Shown here: positions 29,433 to 39,319 of the stretch, in pieces
Position numbering within the stretch: position 1 is the stretch's first letter
Layout of the letters: the number at the start of each line of letters is the position of its first letter
Source: Armatimonadota bacterium
GTDB lineage: Bacteria; Armatimonadota; SYMT01
Length of the DNA: 64,000 bases
Assembly (NCBI GenBank): GCA_046292385.1
Contig: JBKBRF010000023.1
Coordinates: 45,031-109,030 of the forward strand
Reading direction: 5' to 3'
Program-made: the position numbers and the translations under genes
The notes under the pieces: generated by a model
Databases searched by the model: none
What the model was told of the DNA's origin: nothing
What the model saw: only the letters and a program-made list of their open reading frames with translations

Positions 29433-29705
29433 AGGCAGCCCTCTCCCACCGCAGCGGGCAGTTAGCTGCGCTCCTCTGTGGCACGTGCGGGAGACGCGTC
29501 CCTGGCACGCCCAAAGTCGCAGAATTTCGCAATAAATCGCCTCCTGCCGCCCCGTAACTAACCTGCCGGTGCCGGCGTTCTATGTGTGAGAGGCCGCAAC
29601 CCGGTTTCTCTCCCCACTTCGAGGCGAACCTCTTCGCCAGCTGCGTCGTCAATCTGCTGGTTGCTTGCCGTCCGAGCACAGGCCGCTCCTCACCCGTCAA
29701 CCAAG

Positions 29706-31412
29706 ATGGATCTCTTCACCGGCGCACCCTCCCTGCACCAGGCGCTCGTCGCCAGCGGTTTACTCTCGGCCGACGCCCTCGCGGCGGCGCTCGCGGAGCA
29801 GCGCACCTCCGGCAAGCGGCTGGTGGAAGTCCTCCTCTCGCGCGGACTCGTGGCGGAACGGCCGCTCATGCAGGCGCTGGCGGAGATGCTCGGGCTGGAG
29901 CTGGTCAGCCTGGCGGGAGAAGAGGTGCCCTCCGCCGTGCTGGGCAAGGTGCCGAGCGAGCTGGCCCTGAGCCGGCAGGTACTGCCGGTGAGTGCCGACG
30001 TGACGACGCTGACGGTCGCCGTCGCCGACCCGCTCGACCTGGCGACCCAGGACGACCTCCAGATGCTCACCGGCCTGGCGATCCGGCCGGTGCTGGCGAC
30101 GCCGTCCGAGATCCGCCGCGCGACCGAGCGGTTCTATATGGCGCGGATGCTGCAGGACGCGGAGGCGGACGAGACGCAGGAGGGGCGTGGCGGCGACGAG
30201 GCGCTCGACGTGGCCGATCTCCAGAAGATGGCGCAGGAAGAGCTGATCATCCAGCTCGTCAACCTGCTCATCAACCAGGCGATCCAGGACCGCGCCAGCG
30301 ACATCCACATCGAGCCGTTCGAGCGGGAGCTGCGGGTGCGGTACCGGATCGACGGCATCCTGCACGAGGCCTCCTCCCCGCCGAAGCGGCTGCACCCGGC
30401 GATCGTGTCCCGCATCAAGATCCTGAGCGACATGGACATCGCCGAGCGCCGCCTGCCGCAGGACGGCCGGATGCGGATCCAGTCGGCCGGCCGCCAGATC
30501 GATCTGCGCGTCTCCACGGTGCCGTCGCTCTACGGCGAGAGCGTGGTGATGCGTATTCTCGACCGCTCCGCTGCGGTGCTCTCGCTGGAGGAGATCGGGA
30601 TGCGCTCCGACGCGCTCTCCCGCTTCCGGTCGCTCATCCGCTCCCCGCACGGCATCATCCTGGTGACCGGCCCGACCGGCTCCGGTAAGACGACCACGCT
30701 CTATTCCGGCCTGACGGAGATCTATTCCGAAGAGCGGAAGATCATCACGATCGAGGACCCGGTGGAGTACCGGCTGCACGGCATCACCCAGATCCAGGTC
30801 CATCCGCAGATCGGCCTCACCTTCGCCGGCGGACTCCGCTCGATCGTGCGGCAGGACCCCGACGTGATCATGGTCGGCGAGATCCGGGACGGCGAGACGG
30901 CCGACATCGCGATCCACGCGGCGCTCACCGGACACCTGGTCCTTTCCACCCTCCACACCAACGACGCCGCGGGTGCCGTGAGCCGTCTTCTGGACATGGG
31001 AGCGGAGCCGTTCCTGGTCGCCTCCTCGCTGATCGGGAGCCTGGCGCAGCGGCTGGTGCGCGTGATCTGCCCCGCTTGCCGCGTTCCGGTCCCGGAGGGG
31101 CACGAGATGTGGAGTCAGGCGGCACTCTTCGGCGGCGAGCTGGCGCGGGGACCGCTCTACTACGGCCCCGGCTGCGTGGAGTGCCGCGGCCTCGGCTACC
31201 GCGGCCGCACCGGGATCTTCGAGCTTCTGCCGGTTGATGAAGAGGTGCACCAGATGATCATGCGCCACGCCTCCGCCGGAGAGATCCGCGCTCACGCGAT
31301 GCGCCACGGAATGACGACGCTCCTCGGCGACGCGCGGCGCAAGGTGCTCGCCGGAGAGACCCCCGTCAGCGAGCTCCTCCGCGTCTGCCAGCGGGAAAGC
31401 GACAGCGACTAG
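29706..31412 (+). CDS. gspE: Type II secretion / pilus assembly ATPase GspE/PulE
   Basis: ASDIHIEP, ERRLPQDG, GPTGSGKTTT, TIEDPVEY, RQDPD and LHTND motifs plus CxxC-CxxC; start moved to ATG 29706. Confidence 0.95.
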   Translation: MDLFTGAPSLHQALVASGLLSADALAAALAEQRTSGKRLVEVLLSRGLVAERPLMQALAEMLGLELVSLAGEEVPSAVLGKVPSELALSRQVLPVSADVTTLTVAVADPLDLATQDDLQMLTGLAIRPVLATPSEIRRATERFYMARMLQDAEADETQEGRGGDEALDVADLQKMAQEELIIQLVNLLINQAIQDRASDIHIEPFERELRVRYRIDGILHEASSPPKRLHPAIVSRIKILSDMDIAERRLPQDGRMRIQSAGRQIDLRVSTVPSLYGESVVMRILDRSAAVLSLEEIGMRSDALSRFRSLIRSPHGIILVTGPTGSGKTTTLYSGLTEIYSEERKIITIEDPVEYRLHGITQIQVHPQIGLTFAGGLRSIVRQDPDVIMVGEIRDGETADIAIHAALTGHLVLSTLHTNDAAGAVSRLLDMGAEPFLVASSLIGSLAQRLVRVICPACRVPVPEGHEMWSQAALFGGELARGPLYYGPGCVECRGLGYRGRTGIFELLPVDEEVHQMIMRHASAGEIRAHAMRHGMTTLLGDARRKVLAGETPVSELLRVCQRESDSD

Positions 31413-31530
31413 TTTCAGGTTCCAGGTTCCAGGTTGCAGATCGCTGGCGCGCGGGAGAGGGACGAGCTCCACGCAAGGCTATCCCCGTAGCCACAGACCT
31501 AGACCCTATCCCCTAAACCCTAGACCCTAA
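31413..31530. repeat. Heptamer tandem repeats (TTCCAGG; CCCTAGA variants)
   Basis: 31413-31439 and about 31497-31530, between gspE and gspF. Confidence 0.7.
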
Positions 31531-31533
31531 GAA

Positions 31534-32781
31534 ATGCCGCAGTTCAACTACCGAGCGCTCGATAAGGCTGGAGCCACCGTCTCCGGCGTCATCCAGGCGG
31601 AAAGCCCCGAGGCGGGTGCCGACCGCGTGCGCCAGCTCGGCCTGTTTCCGATGGCGGTGACGGCGACGGCGGCGGTACGGGACGCAGGCCGGGAAGCGCC
31701 CCGCGCGGCCGGGGAGCGGGGAAAGGCGGTCACTGGCGACCTGCGGCGGGTCGGCCGTATGGAGATCGTGCTCTTCACGCGCCAGCTGGCCGACCTGGTG
31801 AGCGCCGGGCTGCCACTCGACCGTGCCCTGACCGTGCTGACCCGGCAGACCGACTCCTCGGGGCTGCGGCAGCGGCTCCTCAAGGTCCAGGAAGAGGTCC
31901 GCGCCGGCCGCTCCCTCTCGGAAGGGCTCTCCGCCTTCCCGCGGGAGTTCCCGCGGCTCTACATCAACATGGTCCGGGCGGGTGAGGCGACCGGTCAGCT
32001 CGGCGCGGTGCTGGAGCGGCTGGCCGGCTACCTGGAGCGGGAGGCGACCCGGCGCGCCCAGCTCATCTCCGCCCTCACTTACCCGGGCGTGTTGATCGGT
32101 GTCGCGTTCTCCGCGGTCGGCTTTCTCCTGGCGTTCGTGATTCCGCGGCTCTCCACCGTCTTCGAAGAGCTGGACCGCGCCCTGCCGCTGCCGACGCAGA
32201 TCCTGCTGGGGCTGGTCGGCTTCCTCACCGGCTACTGGTGGCAGCTCCTCCTCGGGCTGGCGCTGGCGGTCTTCGCCATCCGGCAGGCGATCTCCACCCC
32301 CGCGGGCGGGCTGGCGTGGGACTCCGGCAAGCTGCGGGTCCCGATCGTGGGCAAGCTGTTGAACCGGGTCATCTCCGCCCGCTTCGTCCGCTCACTCGGG
32401 ACGATGCTGGCGGGAGGCGTGCCGATCCTCGACTCGCTGGAGATCGCCCGCGAGGCGGTCGGCAACGCCGCCGCCACCCGCGCCGCGGACGCGGTGCGCG
32501 AGTCGATCCGCCAGGGGAAGAGCCTGGCCGAGGCGCTCGAGGAGAGCGATCAGTTCCTCCCGGTGGTGGTCCACATGGCCGCGGTCGGCGAGGAGACCGG
32601 ACGGCTGCCGGCGATGCTGATCCGCACCGCGGAGAGCCTCGACTTCGAGATCGACAGCCAGATCCGCCGCCTGGTGACGCTGATCGAGCCGGTGATCGTG
32701 CTGCTGATGGGGGCCTTCGTCGGCTTCATCGTGCTCTCGATCCTGCTCCCGATCTTCGAGGCCAACGTGGCCGTGCAATAG
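31534..32781 (+). CDS. gspF: Type II secretion inner-membrane platform protein GspF/PilC
   Basis: FTRQLA.L..AGLPL, AGEATG.L, ALTYP, GEETG.L and LIEP motifs. Confidence 0.95.
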   Translation: MPQFNYRALDKAGATVSGVIQAESPEAGADRVRQLGLFPMAVTATAAVRDAGREAPRAAGERGKAVTGDLRRVGRMEIVLFTRQLADLVSAGLPLDRALTVLTRQTDSSGLRQRLLKVQEEVRAGRSLSEGLSAFPREFPRLYINMVRAGEATGQLGAVLERLAGYLEREATRRAQLISALTYPGVLIGVAFSAVGFLLAFVIPRLSTVFEELDRALPLPTQILLGLVGFLTGYWWQLLLGLALAVFAIRQAISTPAGGLAWDSGKLRVPIVGKLLNRVISARFVRSLGTMLAGGVPILDSLEIAREAVGNAAATRAADAVRESIRQGKSLAEALEESDQFLPVVVHMAAVGEETGRLPAMLIRTAESLDFEIDSQIRRLVTLIEPVIVLLMGAFVGFIVLSILLPIFEANVAVQ

Positions 32782-32881
32782 AAGCGACCGTTCCTGCCGG
32801 AGCAGTGACCCCGCCTCCGGCTCACTCATCTAATCAGAGGGGACGCGAGCGTCCCACGGGATCGATGGAAGGACTGCAGCC

Positions 32882-33325
32882 ATGCTACGCCTGCGCAACC
32901 GGAGCCTCGCCCGCGGCTTTACACTGATCGAGCTGCTGGTGGTGATCGTCATTCTCGGCATTCTGGCGGCCGTGATCATTCCGAACGTCGTCGGTAAGAC
33001 GGAGGACGCCCGCGTGGCGAAGGCGCGCGCCGACATCGAGAGCCTCGGCACGGCGCTCGACATGTACAAAGTCGAGAACGGCCGGTTCCCCACCACGGAG
33101 CAGGGCCTGCAGGCGCTGCGGGAGCGACCGACCACCCCGCCGCTGCCGCGCTCCTGGAACGAGCCGTTCCTGAAGAAGCCGCTCCCGGCGGACCCGTGGG
33201 GCCAGCAGTACCTCTACCGCTCCCCCGGCGAGCATGACTTGGTCGGATACGACCTCTACTCGCTCGGCGCCGACGGGCGCGAAGGCGGCAGCGGCGCCGA
33301 CGCGGACATCACCAACTGGAACTAA
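32882..33325 (+). CDS. gspG: Major pseudopilin GspG
   Basis: GFTLIEL, PTTEQGL.AL, DPWG..Y.Y.SPG and S.GADG..GG...ADI.NW motifs. Confidence 0.97.
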   Translation: MLRLRNRSLARGFTLIELLVVIVILGILAAVIIPNVVGKTEDARVAKARADIESLGTALDMYKVENGRFPTTEQGLQALRERPTTPPLPRSWNEPFLKKPLPADPWGQQYLYRSPGEHDLVGYDLYSLGADGREGGSGADADITNWN

Positions 33326-33342
33326 GCTCGTTAACGCCCACC

Positions 33343-33393
33343 CGCCTCGGACTGAAGTCGAGGCTACTGAGAGCGAAGCCCGCTGCGCGGGCT
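33343..33393. repeat. REP-like element R1 between gspG and gspH
   Basis: CCTCGGACTGAAGTCGAGG-CTAC-TGAGAGCGAAGCCCGCTGCGCGGGCT. Confidence 0.85.
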
Positions 33394-33461
33394 AAGTGCC
33401 CCGTGTGCAGCAGGCGACTCCCGATTCCAGATCTCTCATCTCTCTTCTCCCCTCTTCCATC

Positions 33462-33971
33462 TTGAAACGCGCTTTCACCCTGGTCGAGCTGATTATCGTG
33501 CTGGCACTGCTGGTGCTGGCGACCTCCGCGGTGGTGCCGAGTTTCGTGCGGTTCCATCAGCAGGAGCAGCTCGGCCACGCCGCGCGGCGGGTGATTTCGA
33601 TGGCGGGGGAGGCGCGGGGGCTGGCGCTCTCGCGCGGGGCGGTGGCGGCGCTGGCGTATGATCCGCAGGCCCGGGAGCTGGCACTGGTGGTGGAGCCGAA
33701 CGAGACGGAGCCGGACCCGGCGCTGGACGGCGAGGCGCCGCTCCCGGCGCCGGAGCCGCCCTCGCCGGACGCGCGGCTGCTCCGGTTTCCGCCGGAGGTG
33801 CGGCTGGAGATCGAGAACCGGGACGGCCCGGAGACGCTGTCGCTCCGGTTCTATCCCGACGGCCGGGCCGACCTCGGCCGGATCGCCATCTTCCGGGAAG
33901 AGCTGCGGCCGATCCGGCTGGCGGTCAATCCGCGGACGGGCCGGATGGCGGTCGTGGAGGAGCAGCCGTGA
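33462..33971 (+). CDS. gspH: Minor pseudopilin GspH-like
   Basis: KRAFTLVEL prepilin motif and FYPDG; TTG 33462 preferred over GTG 33396. Confidence 0.82.
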   Translation: MKRAFTLVELIIVLALLVLATSAVVPSFVRFHQQEQLGHAARRVISMAGEARGLALSRGAVAALAYDPQARELALVVEPNETEPDPALDGEAPLPAPEPPSPDARLLRFPPEVRLEIENRDGPETLSLRFYPDGRADLGRIAIFREELRPIRLAVNPRTGRMAVVEEQP

Positions 33972-34327
33972 AGAGCCGGCGGGGCGCTTCTCTGGTCGAG
34001 GCGATGGTGGCGGTGGTGCTGCTGGCGGTCGGCATCTCCGCGAGCGTCGCCTGCATCGGCACGGCGACCGAGGCTTCCGGGCGGTCGGAAGAGTACACCG
34101 CCGTGCAGCTGCTGGCGCGGGAGAAGCTGAGTGAGCTGGAGTTGCAGCCGGTGCAGGTCGGGCCGCAGCAGGGCGACTTCGGCGAGCAGCGCCCGGGCTA
34201 CCGTTGGGAGACCTTGACCGAGGAGACCGAGACGCCGGGCCTTAACCGCGTGCGGCTCCGCATCCTCTGGGGTGACCCGGAGCGGCCGAAACAGGAAGAG
34301 TTCCTCACCTTCACCCGCAGCCGGTAG
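33968..34327 (+). CDS. gspI: Minor pseudopilin GspI-like
   Basis: RRGASLVEAMVA; GDF....GYRW; position in the cluster. Confidence 0.8.
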   Translation: MKSRRGASLVEAMVAVVLLAVGISASVACIGTATEASGRSEEYTAVQLLAREKLSELELQPVQVGPQQGDFGEQRPGYRWETLTEETETPGLNRVRLRILWGDPERPKQEEFLTFTRSR

Positions 34328-34370
34328 TCACCGCTCCCGATCACCCCTTCGATCTTCGCCCTCCACTCCG

Positions 34371-35195
34371 ATGCAGCACCGCCGCCGACAGCGCCAGAAC
34401 GGCTTCACGCTCCTCGAGTCGCTCGTGGCGCTCGTGCTCGCCGGCATTATCACGGCGGGGGTGGCGCTGGCGCTCCGGACGGGGCTGGACGCCTCCGCCC
34501 GCATCCAGGAGCGCGCCGACTCCCACGCGGAGGCGCGCGCGGTGCTGGAAGAGCTGCGGGCCGACCTGACCGCCGCCTACCTTTCCGGCGCCAACACCCA
34601 GCGCACGCAGTTCGTGGCGCTGCCTCCGGAGTCGGCAGCCGCGGGAGAGCCGTTCCTTTCCTTCAGCACGCTCAGCTATCGGAGCAGCCATGGCCCGGGC
34701 GCGCGACCGCCGCGGCAGGATGCGGTGCTGGTGGAGTACCGCCTGGAGGCGCCGCCTCGCCCCGCGGCCGAAGAGGACGGCCGGCAGGTGTTGATCCGTC
34801 GGGAGACCTGGCCGACCGAGCGCGGCGAAGGGCGGCGGGACGTGGTGTGCGACCGCGTCGCCGGGCTGCGCCTGCGCTACTTCGACGGCACCGAGTTCCA
34901 GGAAGGGTGGTCCGCCGACCCGGAAGCCGACCCGCCGCTGACCGTGGAAGAGGGCGAGAGCTATCCGGAGCCGTCCGCCCGGGAGCTCCCGCGGGCGGTG
35001 GAGATCACGCTGCTGCTCCACAGCAGCGGAACCGCGGACGCACCCCGGCCGCCCCGGACCTACCGCACGGTGGTGTCGCTCGGCGCCCAGGCGGCCCTGC
35101 CGTTCGAGACCGAGGTCATCCCCCCACCGGAGCCGGCCGGCGAGACGCCGCAGCCGGGTCCGGTGGTCCCTCCGGGAGGCGAGAATGGCGAGTAG
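34371..35195 (+). CDS. gspJ: Minor pseudopilin GspJ-like
   Basis: NGFTLLESLVA, L.LRYFDG and LPRAVEITL motifs. Confidence 0.85.
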   Translation: MQHRRRQRQNGFTLLESLVALVLAGIITAGVALALRTGLDASARIQERADSHAEARAVLEELRADLTAAYLSGANTQRTQFVALPPESAAAGEPFLSFSTLSYRSSHGPGARPPRQDAVLVEYRLEAPPRPAAEEDGRQVLIRRETWPTERGEGRRDVVCDRVAGLRLRYFDGTEFQEGWSADPEADPPLTVEEGESYPEPSARELPRAVEITLLLHSSGTADAPRPPRTYRTVVSLGAQAALPFETEVIPPPEPAGETPQPGPVVPPGGENGE

Positions 35196-36561
35196 CCGCC
35201 GCACACGCCGGGGACAGGCGCTGGTGGTCGCCATCCTCGCGCTCACCATCCTCGTCACCGCCGCAATCGCGCTCTCCGGCGTCGCCCGCATGGAGGTGCG
35301 CGCTGCCCGCCGGGGAGTCGACGCCGTCCGCCGCGAGGCGCTGCTGCGCGGGGCGGTGAGCCGCGGCATCGCGCTGCTCGACCAGGGCCGCACCGACTCC
35401 GCGGCGCTGCTCGACGCCCTGCGCCGCTACCGCGAGCTTCGCTGGGAGCCGGTGCCGGAGCTTTCCGGGCCGGACCAGCCCCCGCTGCAGGTGGCGCTTC
35501 AGCTGGTCGACACCTGCTCCCGGCTCAACGTGAACACCGCCGACCGGGAGACGCTGGAGCGGCTGGAGGCGGTGGACAAGGACACCGTCAGCGAGATTCT
35601 CGCCTGGCGCGAGGAGGATCGCGGCGACGATGACGAGACCTACTCCGGCACGCCGCGGCCTTACGACCCTAAGGACCGCCCGTTCGACACCGTCGAAGAG
35701 CTGCTCATGGTGCGCGGCGTCGAGCCGCCGCTCTTCTACGGACCGCCTACCGTCGCCGAGGCTCGCTCGCTGCGATATCCGCCGCTCACCGAGCTCCTCA
35801 CGACCTTCTCCGGCGACAACAATACCGATCCGGAGGGCCACCCGCGCGCGGACCTGAATCGCGCCTCCGCGGAAGAGCTGATCGAGGCGGCGAATCGCGG
35901 GGGCAACCTCGTCACCCGGCGCCTGGCGGAGACGATCGTCCAGCGAAGGGAAGAGCGCGAGCGGCAGCGGCGCCCGCCGTTCCGCTCGGTGCTGGAAGCG
36001 GTCGTCGAGGCGATGGGGAACGGAGGCGATAACTCGCAGTTTTTCGACCCGTCTGTAAAGGAAGAGGACGCGGTCGAACGGATCCTCTATGCCTGGACCG
36101 CGGATCGGCGGTCGTTCGCGGCCGGCAAGGTGAACCTCAACACCGCGCCGCCGCTGGTGCTGCGGACGCTGGGATGGTCCGACACGCAGCTCCAGGCCCT
36201 GATGGAGAAGCGGCGGGAGCGACCGGACGGGTTCCGCTGGGTCGACCTGATCGAAATGGTGCTCAGTCCGATGGGCCTCGGGGGAAATCCGGGGGACGAC
36301 GCGAACTCCCGGATGCTCCAGCGGATCGAGCGCGCCGTGTCGGTCCGGTCCTCCACCTATCTGGTCCGCTGCCTGGTGCGCGACCCCCAGACCGGCCGGG
36401 TGGACGCGGTGGCGGCGACCGTTTACTGGCCGGCCTCTCCGGACGAGGCGGCACAGATCGTTCAGTGGCGCGAGCCGGACCGGTACCCCGGCTGGAGCGC
36501 GTGGTACCGGGTTCCCGGTGAGGAAGAGGGAGCGACGAGTGATCGCAACGGCAGGCAGTAA
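35185..36561 (+). CDS. gspK: Minor pseudopilin GspK-like
   Basis: RRGQALVVAI (no E5), RLNVNTA, FDTVEEL..VRG and KVNLNTAP motifs. Confidence 0.88.
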   Translation: MASSRRTRRGQALVVAILALTILVTAAIALSGVARMEVRAARRGVDAVRREALLRGAVSRGIALLDQGRTDSAALLDALRRYRELRWEPVPELSGPDQPPLQVALQLVDTCSRLNVNTADRETLERLEAVDKDTVSEILAWREEDRGDDDETYSGTPRPYDPKDRPFDTVEELLMVRGVEPPLFYGPPTVAEARSLRYPPLTELLTTFSGDNNTDPEGHPRADLNRASAEELIEAANRGGNLVTRRLAETIVQRREERERQRRPPFRSVLEAVVEAMGNGGDNSQFFDPSVKEEDAVERILYAWTADRRSFAAGKVNLNTAPPLVLRTLGWSDTQLQALMEKRRERPDGFRWVDLIEMVLSPMGLGGNPGDDANSRMLQRIERAVSVRSSTYLVRCLVRDPQTGRVDAVAATVYWPASPDEAAQIVQWREPDRYPGWSAWYRVPGEEEGATSDRNGRQ

Positions 36562-37969
36562 GCGGAAGGCGCCGCCGCGCGGCGAGGTGCTGGTGCTCGG
36601 CCTCTCCGCCGGGTGCGTGCGCCTGCTGCAGGCGCGGGCGCAGGGCGGCGACGTGGTGAGCGATCGCTGGGTCTCCGTCCCCGCCGCGGACGACGAGACC
36701 CGCGCCCGCGCCGTGGTGGACGCGCTGGCCGGCGCCGGGGTCAGGGAGCGCCGGGTGACCGTCTGCCTGCCGGCATCCTGGCTCACGATGAAGCGAGTCC
36801 AGCTTCCGCCGGCGGAGCCGGAGCAGATCCCGGAGCTGGTGCGCTACGAGGCGCAGCGCCACCTCCCCCTGCCGCTGGAGCAGCTCGCCTTTGGCTACCA
36901 GGTGATGTCTCACGGAAAGCCGGGCGAGGGCGCCGGCACCGACGTGCTGATCGCGGTTTGCCGCAAGACGGACCTGTCCCGTCTGGAGCGGAGCCTGTCC
37001 GATGCCGGGATCACGGTCGACGGCTACGGCATCGAGCCGCTGGGCGTCACCGACTCGTATCTATCCGGCGCCGCGCCGTTCCGGAACGGAGACGCCCGTC
37101 TGCTGCTGGCGCCGGAGAGCGCGGGGGTGCACGTGCAGGTGCTGCGCGGGAGCGACCTGGTCCACTCCCGGTACGTGGTCTCGAACGGGGACGACTGGAC
37201 CGGCAGCGTGCGCCGCTCGCTGACCGCCTTTGCTCTCGAGAGACCCGACCTGCACCTGGCGGAGGCGGTCGCCCTCGGCGCGGAGGACCCGGAGCGCCTG
37301 TCGCTGGCGCTGGACCGCCCGGTCTCCCCCGCCGCCGCCGACCCGACTCTGCCGGCGGAATACCTGCCGATGCTCGGGGTCGCCCGCCAGTCGCTCGGCC
37401 TGGGCCAGTACCCGCTCCGAATCGAGCCGCAGGGCTGGCAGGAAGCGCGGGCCGGGTCGGAGCGTCCCGTGGCGCTGCTGGCAGTTGCCGCGGCGGTCCT
37501 GGTTGTCGCCGGGTTGGTCGGCTGGCAGCTGACCCGCGTCCGCGCCCGGGCGGCCGATCGCCGGGAAGCCGGGCGCATCGCCAGCCTGGCGGCGCGGGAC
37601 CAGAAGGCCCTGACGCAGCTGCGGGAGGAGCGGGACGCACTCCGCGCGCAGCTCACGGTGTTGGGCGACGGCGAGACGCGGCGCCCGCTCGACCTGCTCG
37701 ATGACATCGCCGGCAAGGCGCCGCGCGGCCTCTGGCTGACCCACGTCGGCTTCCAGGCGGGAAAGCCGCTCCAGCTCGAGGGGACGGCGCGCGAGGCGAC
37801 CCAGGTGACCCGCTTCCTGCGCGACCTGGAGCGGATCCCCGACTTCGGCCGCGCGGAGCTCGGCTTCCTCCGCAGCGAGAACGCCGGCGAGATCCCGGTC
37901 ACCGAGTTCCGCATCGACTGTCACTTCCGGGCCGGGTCAGAGAGTGAGACCGTGGAGACGACGCCATGA
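36539..37969 (+). CDS. gspL: GspL-like (PilM actin-like + TM + PilN-like) protein
   Basis: YEAQRHLPLPLE, TM helix, coiled coil and LWLT....L.LEG.A; start uncertain (36518 or 36539). Confidence 0.75.
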   Translation: MIATAGSKRKAPPRGEVLVLGLSAGCVRLLQARAQGGDVVSDRWVSVPAADDETRARAVVDALAGAGVRERRVTVCLPASWLTMKRVQLPPAEPEQIPELVRYEAQRHLPLPLEQLAFGYQVMSHGKPGEGAGTDVLIAVCRKTDLSRLERSLSDAGITVDGYGIEPLGVTDSYLSGAAPFRNGDARLLLAPESAGVHVQVLRGSDLVHSRYVVSNGDDWTGSVRRSLTAFALERPDLHLAEAVALGAEDPERLSLALDRPVSPAAADPTLPAEYLPMLGVARQSLGLGQYPLRIEPQGWQEARAGSERPVALLAVAAAVLVVAGLVGWQLTRVRARAADRREAGRIASLAARDQKALTQLREERDALRAQLTVLGDGETRRPLDLLDDIAGKAPRGLWLTHVGFQAGKPLQLEGTAREATQVTRFLRDLERIPDFGRAELGFLRSENAGEIPVTEFRIDCHFRAGSESETVETTP

Positions 37970-38502
37970 GCACGCTTTCGAAGCGGGAGCGCACGCTGGT
38001 GGCGCTGATGGTCGGGGTCGCCCTGGTAGTCGGCGTTCCCGGGCTGCTGCTGACCGGCGGGCGCGAGCCGGGTCCTTCGCTGGAGGCCGAGCGGGAGCGC
38101 CATGCCGGCATCCGGACGGAGCTGGCCGAGGTCCGCGAAGAGGTAGCGTCGCTGAAGAGCCGAATGGGCGGCCGCATTGTGCCCGGCACCCCGCGGCTGC
38201 TGGTTCCGCGGATGGTGCAGGCGGTCCACCGCGCCGCGCGCGCCGCCGGGATCCGGGTCGACGACCTGAAGCCGGTGCCGGACCAGCGGGAATCGGAGCT
38301 GAAGCGCGTGGCGGTGCAGGTGACCGCCAGCGCGCCGTTTCCCCGGGCGGTGCGGTTCCTGTACGAGCTCGACCGGCAGAGCAGCCGTTACGGAGTGGAG
38401 CAGCTTTCCATGGATGCCGCCAACCGGGAAGCGGACGAGCTGCAGCTCGAGCTGCGGCTCGTCGCGTACGTGAGATCGGAGGAAGCAGATGCAGTACCGT
38501 GA
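37966..38502 (+). CDS. gspM: GspM/PilO-like protein
   Basis: LSKRER.L, TM helix, coiled coil and F....RFL.EL. Confidence 0.75.
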   Translation: MSTLSKRERTLVALMVGVALVVGVPGLLLTGGREPGPSLEAERERHAGIRTELAEVREEVASLKSRMGGRIVPGTPRLLVPRMVQAVHRAARAAGIRVDDLKPVPDQRESELKRVAVQVTASAPFPRAVRFLYELDRQSSRYGVEQLSMDAANREADELQLELRLVAYVRSEEADAVP

Positions 38503-39271
38503 GGACGCGATCCTACTGGTGATCCCCCGCCGCGCGGCGGTTACCGGCCTGGCGGTGGTGGCCACCGCCGCGGCGCTCTGGGGATTCCCCTCCGGCACCC
38601 AGGCGGAAACTCCCGTCAAGCCGCCGGAGACCGCGGTCGTGGAGACCCGCAAGACGGCGCGCCCGCGGCGGGAGCGGCTTCCGGACGACTTCGGGCGCTA
38701 CCGCCGGCTGCTCGAGCGGAACCCGTTCGCGCCGCAGCTTCCACGCGTGCCGAACGTCTCCGTCACTCCGGCCCCGCCGCTCCCCGGCTCGGCTCCGCCC
38801 CTTCCGGTGCCCACGGTGCCGCCTCCGGGAGGTAACCCCGGCGGCGCCCCTGCCGCCGCGCCGCCGGCCTCCCCGGACCCACTTCAGGGCTGGACCTACG
38901 CCGGCACGGTGGTGATCGGCGACCAGGTCTACGCGGTGGTAGAGCACGCGCCGACGAAGCGCGGCGAGTACGTCAAGCTGGGCGGCGAATTCCAGGGCGC
39001 GAAGGTGACCGGGATCTACCAGGGTGAGCTGACGGTCGAGATCGGCGGCCAGAGCCGCACGCTGCAGAAGTCGACCGCCTTCAACGCCACGCCGCTGGCC
39101 GGCGCCGGCACGCCCGGACAGCCGGGGCAGCCCGGACAGCCAGGGCAGCCCCAGCCGGGACAGCCACAGCCGGGGCAGCCACAGCCCGGCGTGCCGCAGC
39201 CCGGAGAGGGACAGCCTCACGGGGCCGTGGAGATCCATGAAGCTCCGGTAGCGGTCGCCGTTCCCGGTTAG
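38489..39271 (+). CDS. GspC/PilP-like protein with PGQ-repeat tail
   Basis: TM helix, RNPF and Y.GTV......A motifs; located just before the secretin. Confidence 0.6.
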   Translation: MQYREDAILLVIPRRAAVTGLAVVATAAALWGFPSGTQAETPVKPPETAVVETRKTARPRRERLPDDFGRYRRLLERNPFAPQLPRVPNVSVTPAPPLPGSAPPLPVPTVPPPGGNPGGAPAAAPPASPDPLQGWTYAGTVVIGDQVYAVVEHAPTKRGEYVKLGGEFQGAKVTGIYQGELTVEIGGQSRTLQKSTAFNATPLAGAGTPGQPGQPGQPGQPQPGQPQPGQPQPGVPQPGEGQPHGAVEIHEAPVAVAVPG

Positions 39272-39319
39272 CCCAGTCGTCCGCAGCAGCAGTCACGTGA
39301 AGTGAGGGGGAAGATCGAG

